64,000 nt of DNA from Balamuthia mandrillaris (taxonomy: Eukaryota): NCBI GenBank assembly GCA_031835245.2, contig JAVKOQ020000080.1, positions 1 through 64,000 on the forward strand, given 5' to 3'. The notes under the pieces are model-generated. The model had not been told where the DNA came from, made no database searches, and saw only the letters and a list, made by a program, of their open reading frames with translations. The position numbers were made by a program, and so were the translations under genes. This document shows positions 13,076 to 23,735 of this stretch, piece by piece; positions within the stretch are counted from its first letter, which is position 1, and each line of letters starts with the position of its first letter.

Positions 13076-14234
13076 TCCAAAACTCATTATTTACTTTCCC
13101 TCCACCCTCATTCGTTGGTTGTAGATTCCAATGTTGAGACTGTATCTGGATTATCATAGCAAACATGAGGACCGCAAAGCGGTCTTGGCGCAGTACATTA
13201 TGGGCAACGAGTTGTTCGCTGCCAAAGTGAAGGTATATTTTCCCTCCGTTATCATCTCCTAGCACTCTTCTGCAAATGCTTATGGATGCTAACGTGCGTT
13301 TCACGAACAGGACCTACAAGCCAAGAACCACGCCAAAGCTCTCGAAAAGTATCTTGAACTCCCCATCGAACACATATCCTTCTACTCTAATACTCTGAAG
13401 GTACGCACTCTTTATTGATGAAACATAATTGATCAAGCTGACTGCTTGCAACCTTTAATATACAAGAAACTGCTCAAGTACACGGCGGAAGAGCATCGAG
13501 ACTATGACAATATTGCGGCAGCCTATGATAAAGTCCGCAGAACTGAAAGACAGATCGAACAAACGCTGCAAGAAGGAGAGGCTTTCACTCAAGTGAAGCG
13601 CATTCTCCGCCGTATTATCGGCTTTGATGTTCGTATTGAACTTGCCTTCCCTCAGTTTCTTGTTTCGCTCTTCGGCAACTTGTTAAACTAGGTGCACATG
13701 TAGGAAGCAGTAGTGCCCCCCACCCGTAGGTTCATCATGGAAGCGGATTGGATGCAGTTGCCAAACGTGACGGCTCTCGGCGGCGCGGGTCGCAAACAAA
13801 CTGGCTCGCTTGTTCACGTGTTCATCTTCAATGACTGCCTCATAACAACGGAGAGGCTGCGGCCTACTATTCCCAGCCAAAAGGAGAAAAAGAAGGAGAA
13901 GAGCGATTCTCGACGACAGCCAAAAGGAAACAAGAAAGAACAAGAGCCCATATTCCGTTTTACCGACATTCTTACCTTTGACAAGTCGCGCTTCTTGGAA
14001 TTCGACAACCACGGGGAGAATGGACTGTACATAGTCACTGACCACCTTGAAGTGCAACAGATGAGCACTCTTCGCAAGAAAGATCCCCGCAAAAAGCAAA
14101 CCAGCAGCAGCAACTACCGCAGCAGTAGCATCTACCAAAAAGAACAGAGGGTCAGCGCTTTTGCCTTTTCCAGCAAGGTCGAACAGGATAAATGGGTAAC
14201 CGTGCTGCGCGACCTCCAAAGCAAGGCACCATGA
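8317..14234 (+). CDS. Large RhoGEF: low-complexity/coiled-coil N-terminus, then two IQ-like + DH + PH modules
   Basis: DH1 motifs ELCTTERSYVRDL, LFGNMELLL, LIFPIQRIPRYSLLL, ELLNYTP. PH1 HVFLFNDCILL. DH2 motifs EHKYCAKL, LFGNIATL, YLELPIEHI, LLKYT. PH2 HVFIFNDCLI. Confidence 0.85.
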
Positions 14235-14393
14235 ACAGGCTGGAAAAAAAATGTATTGTATTATATGTTGTGGCGTTTCCTCCGCAGTAGGAGGAGGAGT
14301 TGTTTTTTCCGTTGAAGGGAAGGCCTAACGGCTAGTTTTGCCGCCAAATCTAACGGCGAAAATAAACACCCCTACACTTCCACCCCACCCTTC

Positions 14394-14426
<33 letters not shown>

Positions 14427-14496
14427 GCCAGAGACCAGTTGAGGAAAAAAAAAAAGAAAAAAGCAGAACACACGAAGAAGAGAGACTTGGTCGAGG

Positions 14497-17400
14497 ATGA
14501 AGGGAGAAGAGCCAACCACTCCTGCCAAGAAACTTGCAGCCAGTGCACGCTATCCCAAGGGTGCCACGGAGCTTCCCAATTTTGGCTTCGAGCTAGAGTT
14601 TGAGGACCAACTTGCCCTCGCGGTGGAGGCGGACAAGGAGAACGACAGCGCTGTACGGAATGTTACTTCCACCCAAAAGGATCACGGTGAGTCCTCGGCG
14701 TCAGTTCCCTCTTCCTCTGCCAAGCGGAAGCGGCTGGTTAAACTGGCCTTACAAATGCAACCAGTCGCTTCTCCTGCCACAACGATCGTTCCTAACGTTC
14801 GCCCTCTGCTCAAAGATGAGCATCGGTACCACGACAAACAGGAACCGCTTAAACCTTCGGCTCGTCCATCGCCTCCTGCGTCCTCCAACAAACGACTTGC
14901 CTCTCCTTCACGCATGGCAAACCTACCTTATGCTTCATCCGAAAATACTGTTCAACTGAAGAAGCCTTCTCTTAAAGTCCCTTCTTGTTCTTCTTCTTCT
15001 TCTTCTTCTTCTTCTTCTTCTTCTTCTTCTCATAGCCGAGAAAAGCGCGTTGCATTACTGCCACCACCTATTGTCAAAACAGAGAATAAGACGAGCAACA
15101 ACAGAAATGTTGTACTGAGTGTTGCAGAGAAGCGAAAGTTCAAACAGCTGGTTAACAAAGCCAAAGCTTTCGTAAAACAAGGGCAACATCTGGAGGCCCT
15201 TCAGGCCCTCAAGAAGGCCCAGCTACTTAAGCCGTCTGAAAAGCTCGACAATAAGATCCAATCCTTTGAAGAGAAGCTGCAACCACTCCCCTCCTCCAGC
15301 CACTGGTTTTTCAACGCTTTTGCGGAGCGGTATGTCATGAAGGGAGGTTTCTCCCTTTCCAAAGACATGTTTGCACGTCTGTTTGACTATCAGAAGGATG
15401 GCGTGGCATTCCTGTGGCAACTCCATCAAAATAAGAAAAGGCCTGGCGGCATTCTTGGGGTATCTTCCTCTCCTCTCCTCTCCTCTCATTTCGGTCTACT
15501 TCATCTCAAAGAAACGCTTATGCTGACAAAGTATGTTTTTAAAAGGACGACATGGGTTTAGGAAAAACTATCCAAGTTATCTCATTTCTCATAAGCTTAT
15601 TTCAGATGCACGCCATAAGCCATGCCATGATAGTGATGCCAGTATCCTTGCTGGAGCACTGGCGTGAAGAACTTCAAAAATGGGGCACAAAGACCCGTGT
15701 CAGAGTATTCCATGGAACCGCTAAGGCCAAACGCGATACCGAGTTGGATGTTATCCTATCCAAAGGAGGCATTCTTCTCACTACTTATGGTATTTCTTCT
15801 CTTCTCTTCTCTGTCTCTCTCTCTTGCATATGGCTATGTTGGCCTCATATGTTGCGAAACTAGGAATGGTATTATCGAACGTTGAAAAGATGAACGAGTT
15901 GGCGAACGGGCAGGCGTGGGACTATGTAGTACTGGACGAGGGACACAAGATCAAGAATCCATCTGCCAAAATCTCGAAGAGTTGCGCTAAACTTAATGCT
16001 CAACACCGTTTGATCCTCTCCGGTACTCCCGTTCAAAACAATCTCAAAGTGCGTCTCCTTTTCATTTTAGTGGCATTGCTCGTCGTTGTCATGTTTTATG
16101 TTAGGTTCCTTCTTACAAGAACATATACATGGTTAGGAAATGTGGGCTCTGTTCAATTGGACATGCAAAGGCCAATTGTTGGGCACTTTGAAAGATTTTC
16201 AGACCGAGTTTGAGGAGGTGATAGTACGAGGCAACCATCGCAAAGCCAGTGCCAAGGAACAAATGTTGGGAGCACAAATGGCTGAAGCACTGCGGCAGCG
16301 CATTCAACCCCACTTTTTGCGCAGAGAGAAGAGCCAGATATTCCCCTCTTCTTCTTCCACTTCCGAGCCACATGCGGATGACACCAACGAAGTTGAGAAA
16401 GATGAGGCAGAAACAAACATTGTTTCGGAAGATAGTGAAAGCGAAGAGCAGAAGGACGTGATGGTGGCCAACAAAAAACCCCCGCAGTTATCTGTCCGCA
16501 AGAACGACTTTATCGTATGGGTCCACATCAGCCCAATGCAGGAGCAACTATACCGAAGCTTTCTGGAGACGGAGGATGTTAAGCTGGTGTTGAACAAGAC
16601 AAAGTCGCCGCTGGCCGCCATTACAGTCATGAAGAAAATATGTGACCACCCTCTATTGTTGCGCAAAGAAATGAGGCTTTGCAGGCACATCAACTTTCCT
16701 CCTGAGTTTGACACGGACATCTCTGAGACGTGCGTTCTTTTTTGTGTTGACCCGTATGTTTGAGTCTTACCCTTGTTCTCTCAGGTGCGAGATCAAGTCA
16801 GCCCGAACATTGGAGAGAATAATTCCTTTGTCTGGCAAACTTCACTTTTTGGTTCAACTGCTTGCCAACCTCAAACAGGAGGGTCACCGTGTGCTTATCT
16901 TCAGCCAGTCTTGCAAAATGCTAAACATCATTCAATCCGTGCTCATTCATGAGGTTCGGCTTCTGTCGTGGTCTTCCATTCACTCAATCCTCTCTCTTTC
17001 CCTTCTCTTCTATTTGTAATGCTTCCTACTCACTTATTGTTGTTGAAAGAAATACAAGTTCCTCCGCATTGATGGGTCGGTGACCAAGACATCAGATAGG
17101 CAACAGCGGATCCGGATGTTCAATGAAGATCCCTCCTACTATTGTTTTCTGTTGACCACACAAGTGGGTGGTCTTGGAATCAACCTTACCAGCGCTGACA
17201 GAGTCGTTATATGTACGTCCACGATTCTCTCCCGGTTGCTCTGTAGCCTTTGCGATTATTGGTTAAACTAAACGAAAATGATGCAACAGTTGATCCAGCA
17301 TGGAACTCGCGAGATGACCAAGCTGTGGACAGAGCCTATCGTATCTCCCAGAAACGGGATGTGGTGGTCTATCGACTCATTACATGCGCTACAATCGAGG

Positions 17401-18577
17401 AGAAGATATACCGAAAGCAGGTCTTCAAGGTGGCCCTCATGAAGACGCTTGACAACAAGGCCAATACTGTCCGCTATTTTACGGAGATGGAGCTGAAGGT
17501 GATGTTCCAGCTGGGAGACACCGGAGAGAGCACAACCCAGCGCCAGCTCCAACGTCTTCATTCCCATCAGCGTATCACCGACCCAACGCTCGACAAGCAC
17601 CTTGAGTTTCTACATTCTCTAGGTAAATGGCTCTTCCTTTGTCGTCAAGGGCTTTTCTTTTTTTCTTTGTAACTTACACAATCTAATGGATAGGCATCTT
17701 TGGCATTAGCGACCATGATCTTCTCTTTACGGATATGACACCAGAGGCTATGCAAGCTTTGGAACAGGATGACCGTGATATGGAAGAGAACAAAAGTGTA
17801 TCGGAAGCAGAAGACGACTCTATCGAAGAAATGTCCTCATCAGAAGATACCCCGGACCTACTATGCAATGGGGACATTGCCTTTAGCCAAGAGCCCAAAC
17901 ATCATCAAGATCGTGTTGTGGCGGGTTCTGACGATGATATCGACGCACCACAGTACAACGTAGTTTCGCAAGAAGAGGATCCTTTCGAGCACGTTCCGAT
18001 TGTGGTGCCTCCTTTGCCCAAAGGTGGTTACGATGAGACAGACGAGGAACTGGAAGACGACGAGATGTTGACACAAATCCTTCGCACCATCAAGAACAAA
18101 ACCACTCGCAACGAGGGGAGCTGCCAGCCTGAAGAAGATGTCTCACCAAAGCAGAAAGAGGAGCATTCCCTGAAGGAGAGCCAAGAGCCTACTCCTGCTG
18201 AACATCAACAGGATTACATAATTTCAGCTTGCGATGAGGAAAAGAACGAAGCAGAGCCACCAGAGTGGTTTCCTCCTATCGTTACCACAGAAAAGGCTGT
18301 CTCAGTGACTATTGCCGATTTGACGGCAGAGGACATTGCTCACTACAACCAATACGTGCAACAAGCCAGGTTTGTTCCTTACATCCCTCCATCTTCCTCC
18401 CTCCCTCTTATTGTTCGTTTGTTTCCCTTTTTCTATTTTTTAAAAAGGGAGTATGAGGAGCAAGACATGATGTTGGAAGCATTGGCCAGCTATCTGTTTG
18501 CTTTGGACGTTTGTGATGAAAGCCCACACCTCCAATCCACCATCCTCAAATTGGCTTATGAGTGTAATATGTTATGA
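14497..18577 (+). CDS. ERCC6L: PICH/ERCC6L SNF2-family DNA translocase with N- and C-terminal TPR-like repeats
   Basis: Helicase motifs [52 protein letters not shown] and [13 protein letters not shown]-type segments [11 protein letters not shown] and [14 protein letters not shown]-like helices at both ends. Confidence 0.9.
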
Positions 18578-18884
18578 TTTTTATATAAATGTTTTTGCGT
18601 GAACGAGTGTGTGCAATTGAGAGAGAGAGCAGAGAGAGCAGAGAGAGCAGAGAGAGCAGAGAGAGCAGAGAGAGAGCGATAAGTGAAGAAATAAATGTAC
18701 ACTGAATAGGGAAACATAGGCCTAACATAAGCTGGCGTAGAATGCAGAATTCTGTGGGGAATGTGAATGCTGTGCAACGAACAAGACAGGAAAGGTATGG
18801 AGGTGTTACATGCGCGCGTGATGCTATAAGGAATAAATAGTGGCTGTCTATTTGTTGGAAAGGTATCTGGTGAAAGTCTCTCCG

Positions 18885-21161
18885 TTAAATGGAGGAAATG
18901 GAGGAGTTGGCGGTAGTGGTGGGACGAGAAGGAGCGATGATGTTGATGTGCCGCACGTTGCAAGATAGCTCAAGGAGAGCAGGCTCCTCCGTCATGAGAT
19001 GGTCCTCAGAACCATTGAAGGTGTTGGTAGGGATCAGAAGAGAGATGATGGACTCCATGGCTTCCTCCTCTTGGCTGTTCGTTTTGATCAATGCAGGGAA
19101 GATGCTCTTGCTCTCTGAGCAGAGAATGTAGGAGACATGTGGATCTCGCGCGAAGGACTCCTTGTGAAATATCTTGTCCAAGGAGAGGCCTCTGGCCAGC
19201 GCTTTGACGAGGTCTTGGCTGCTGGTGCCGTCTTGGTCTCTCTCCTTCTTGACGGTGATAGGATAGTGGGACGGGACCACCGAGATGTTAAAGGGAGAGG
19301 ATGAGGAGAACAGAGCGCCAGTGGTCACTGCTGCTGACACCACATCTAAGGGTAGCGAAGCTCGTCGTTCAGAAAGGGCAGAAGAGAGGGCAACCGCCAC
19401 TTCCTCTGGGGTGCTTTCTGCTGCTTCATCCTCTTCCTCTTGTACTTCCAGTTCCATAACGTCCTCTATGTGCATTCGGGAATTGGCCAAGCGCGAAGCT
19501 GGTACCACTGCGTATTCGTAAGAGGAAGTAAGGCGGACCGTCTCTTCCCTGTCTAATACCTCCTCTTGTTGGAATAAGCTTCCCTCTCCCTCCTCCTCTT
19601 CCTCTTCCTCCTCCTCGTCCTTTGGCTCCTCCTTCGCCACCAACAGTTTCTGAGGATAGCAGTTGGCAGTTTCCTCCGCAGCGGGCGTAGCTGCTGCGGA
19701 GGACTCGGGCGTTGCCCAGTCAATGTGTTGTACAACAGGGAGCTGTCCCCTTCGCTCAGAGAGCTCTGCCACAACGGGCGTGTCGTAAGCCTGCTGGTCA
19801 GCAGCGTGGTTGACGGCGTTCAGGAGCCGGCTGCGGATGGATGCTCTATTGGCGTTGGAGGATTGTTGTCCCATCAAAAGAGTGTCTCGCAACAGGCTAT
19901 CAGCACCCTCACCGCCGAATGACAAGCGATGAGGGAGACCTCCATGATGTCCGTCTTGTGCGTTGAAGAACAGGCCAAACGAGAACAATACAATCAAGAG
20001 GCATACTCCAGCTGCTTTGACATTGTTGGGAGTGGCGCCTGCGGGGCCTATGCGAGTGCTCCTCTGGAGTAGCTCATGGGCGAGGCCAGGAGTCTTCTTG
20101 ATAATACCTTTGAGGTAGTTGACTTCCTCTTTCAACAGCTTGTTTTCCTCCAACAGTTGCTGGTTGTGTGTGGCTAACTTTTGTACCTTGCCCTCTAACT
20201 CCTCCATATAGAGCTTCTTCCTCATCCGGGACTTTTGTGCGCTTTCGCGGTTCTTGATGAGCCTCCGTTGCCGTTTAGCCATCCTATCATCCTCGGGATT
20301 TAAAGACGCACATTGCTGCTGCGGTCGGCGCGCCAAGCAGCCACCCCCAATGTTGGGCGCTCCTTCAGCTGAGGTTGTTGACGATGCTGTAGCCGATAAC
20401 ATCTGACGTTGCTGTTGTTGCACATGCTCGTGTGTTTCTGTGGCTAACGATGTGTCCTGTTGCTCACGATTTCTTTTAAGGGGGCGAGAAATAACGTTGA
20501 CATCATCGCCTTGTGGTTCCGCTTTGACGAAGACGTTGGACAGAAGCGCAGGTTGAGGGTTAGGGGTTGTCAATGATGTGGTGTGCGATGAGACAACAGG
20601 CGAGGAGCTGGTGGCAGTAGAAATAAAGTGGCTCGCCGTGTCGTTCGCGACGACATCGCCCAACAACGTCTTCTGTACGAATTCCTCGGCTTGTAGCTGC
20701 GAGAGCACCGCAGGATCAAGACCGGTGGCTAGATCCAGCCTTGTCGCCCCTGTTAAGAGGTCGGCAACACCCTCGCTCTCCTCTTCGGAAGAGGAAGAAA
20801 AGAAGTGGGCTAAAGGTTGCGGAGAGCTAGGCTCCGAGCTATCTGAACGGTCAGAACTCTCCGAGCAGTCTGAACTGCCTCCTGGTGAGAGGGGCTCCGT
20901 CTTGATGAGAGGCACACCAAGCAAGAACGGAGCCGCTTTCTCCTCCTGATGCTGAAGAAGAGGAGCGTGCTGAAGATGCGCTTCGCCGCCTTCCGAAGTG
21001 TGATAGGAAAGAGGAAGAAAGTCGGTGGGGCATACCAAGTCCTCCAAAGTAGTTTCTGCCTCTGCGTTGATCAGGAAGAGAGAGTCTGTGTTGAAAAAGT
21101 ACTCAAACAGCGTCTGCTCGGCCTCGGAGGCACCAGTGCCAGCCGAGGAAGTAAAATCCAT
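18885..21161 (-). CDS. Membrane-tethered bZIP transcription factor, ATF6/CREB3-like, apparently intronless
   Basis: bZIP KRQRRLIKNRESAQKSRMRKKLYMEELE with leucine zipper, TM AGVCLLIVLFSFGLFF, luminal RSRLL (RxxL) and C-terminal ISLLIP...LLELSCNV. First ATG in the ORF is at 21161. Confidence 0.88.
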   Translation of the reverse strand: MDFTSSAGTGASEAEQTLFEYFFNTDSLFLINAEAETTLEDLVCPTDFLPLSYHTSEGGEAHLQHAPLLQHQEEKAAPFLLGVPLIKTEPLSPGGSSDCSESSDRSDSSEPSSPQPLAHFFSSSSEEESEGVADLLTGATRLDLATGLDPAVLSQLQAEEFVQKTLLGDVVANDTASHFISTATSSSPVVSSHTTSLTTPNPQPALLSNVFVKAEPQGDDVNVISRPLKRNREQQDTSLATETHEHVQQQQRQMLSATASSTTSAEGAPNIGGGCLARRPQQQCASLNPEDDRMAKRQRRLIKNRESAQKSRMRKKLYMEELEGKVQKLATHNQQLLEENKLLKEEVNYLKGIIKKTPGLAHELLQRSTRIGPAGATPNNVKAAGVCLLIVLFSFGLFFNAQDGHHGGLPHRLSFGGEGADSLLRDTLLMGQQSSNANRASIRSRLLNAVNHAADQQAYDTPVVAELSERRGQLPVVQHIDWATPESSAAATPAAEETANCYPQKLLVAKEEPKDEEEEEEEEEGEGSLFQQEEVLDREETVRLTSSYEYAVVPASRLANSRMHIEDVMELEVQEEEDEAAESTPEEVAVALSSALSERRASLPLDVVSAAVTTGALFSSSSPFNISVVPSHYPITVKKERDQDGTSSQDLVKALARGLSLDKIFHKESFARDPHVSYILCSESKSIFPALIKTNSQEEEAMESIISLLIPTNTFNGSEDHLMTEEPALLELSCNVRHINIIAPSRPTTTANSSISSI

Positions 21162-21870
21162 GGTACTGTTTGTAGTCTCGAAAGATTTCACACGATGGGG
21201 TGTTCGGCTCAGAAGAATGGGCACTAATCCAGAAGAGAAAGAAAGCAAGAAAGAAATCAGATGAACAAAATCTTTGGCTTACAAAAAAAAATCCATGAAG
21301 GAAGTTTCCACAAGCACATCCCAACCGAAAACAACAAGCCCATCGAAGGAAGAGCGAAAAAAAAAAAGCAAGAGAAGAAAACTCACCCTTTTCTCGTTTT
21401 TTTTTTTGAATCCCTCTTTCTCTTCTTTTTCTGCTGCTTGCACGCAAAAAAAAAAAAAAAAGGGCTGTGGCTTCTTCCCCCCTTCCTCCTTATTTTTTCT
21501 TCCCAGAGAGACAACCCACAACGACAATTCTTTTCCCCCCTCCAACGAATTATTTATCGCCGCACGACAATTCTTGGTGCTCGTCACCTGCCCCCCTGCG
21601 CGCAAGGCAGGATAATTTATCGCGGACGTGGCACATTTTGTCGGAAAATCGACGGAAAAATTTGGCACTGGGAAAAAAGGAATCCGCGGAGTTACATGAC
21701 ATACATCCGCATTGGGTAACGTGGCAGAAATAGGAAAGCACACGTCGATCGGTTTATTTTCGTCGACATGCAACCTCCGAATTTGTTCTAGGAACTAACT
21801 TTTGGAGACTTTCATAAAGAACACATCCCAAACAAAAACAAGAAAAAAATTAACGAGAAAATAGCAAAAA

Positions 21871-22459
21871 ATGGAGCAAGAGGCCAAGAAGGTGATAAAA
21901 TTCCACGGTATCAAGGTATTCCCACCCTATGGTTGCTTTTCAAACTTGAGTACCTTTCCCGTGAAAGTAGATGGTGTAACATGGCCGTCCACGGTATCGT
22001 TATGTTTTACACCTGTTCTTTTTTTTTTGCCTCTCATTTTTTTTTTTGGCGAGATCGGTTCACTCATCTGTACCGCCACGCCAAACGAACCTACCAACTT
22101 AGGAGCATTACTACCACGCACAAAAGTTTGCGGGTAGGTGCAAAGGCAGTCATGAATGTTTCCTGTAATGCCCTTCCTTAACTATTGTGGCTAACTTCCG
22201 CCTTCTTCGCCATCATAGGAACTCCTTTCGAAGATACCATACGCAGAGCGAACACCCCAGGCAAGGCGGGCTGTTTAGCCACAAAACTCACCAAGTCGGG
22301 AGCTGCCACCGTCCGCGCCGATTGGGATCAAGTCAAAGAGGACGTAATGATGAAAGCGGTGTCCGCCAAGTTCAAGCAACACAAGGACGCTCGCAATGTC
22401 TTGCTGCAAACTGGGGATGCTTCCCTGGTTGCTCAAAGTCGTGGAGGTATCCGCTTTCG

Positions 22460-22501
<42 letters not shown>

Positions 22502-23674
22502 GAACAGAGATCAGCAAATAGAGTATTAAGACTTGCGTTGCTATGCAGATAGTTGCTGGTTTGCTGGAAAGAATGGGAACGGACCTAACAAACTTGGCAA
22601 AATCTTGATGTTGGTACGTGATAAGCTTCTTCGAAAGGGATACACTGTTGACATGGAAGAAGAGGAAGAGGAAGAAAGCGAAGCGGAAGAGAGCGAAGAA
22701 GAGGTAAAGGGTAAAAAGAAAAAGGGATCCTTGAAAGCAAAGAAAAAAGAAAAGGAGCAAAAAGAGAAAAAGAAGCGGAAAAAGGAACAACAACGTTTGA
22801 AACGAAAGAGGAACAGCGGGCTTGAGAAAACTACCGTTAGAGGAGATCTGTGTAAAGCAGAGTACGCAAGCAGCGGACGGTCCAAATGCAGAGTGTGCAT
22901 GGACGCTATCCCAAAAGATGAGATCCGCTTGGCCAAGCTCGCTTTCTCTCGCAAATTGTACGATAAACTCTTCCTTTCGAGTAGTCTCTCTCTCTTTTTT
23001 TTTGACCAACAACAACAGCGGATTACTTCCTGAGTGGCATCATGTGGACTGCTTCTTCCTGCGACACGAGTTGCCTGTAGAGGAAGCTTCTGCAATCAGG
23101 GAGATGGACAAGTTGCGCTGGAATGACCAACAAATGTTACTGAAACGCATTACTGACGAGGTTTCTGGTTCTGCTGAGAACAAAAAAGAGCAAGATGATT
23201 CCCCAGTTTCCACCAAGAAGAGACGTACATCCTCCTCTTCACAAATGGAAAAAAGAGAAGACCAGCCATCAAATTTGCAGGAGAATGTAGACAAGGAAGA
23301 AAAGAAAAAGGAAAAAGAGGAGGAAACGGACCACGACAAAGGAAAAGACAAGGAAAAAGAGGAAGCAGAGGAAGAAGAGGTTAGCACCGAACAAGTTGCT
23401 CTCGATCAAGAGGTCCAAATACAAAACGAGAAGTGGTGGTACATCAAAGACAATTTGAGGAGGCATTGCAAAAAGAAGGAGATACAAGAACTACTAGCTT
23501 TGAATAATCAGCCAACCACTGGCAGCTTGCAACGTTTGCTCGATCGCTGCGCTGAAGGCATGCTATTTGGAGCTTTGCCTAAATGCACCTTATGTGGCAA
23601 TGGAGATCTTTATACCACCAACAACAAAAATGGAGCTCGCGAGTTTCGCTGTAATGGACATCTTAGTGGTACAT

Positions 23675-23735
<61 letters not shown>

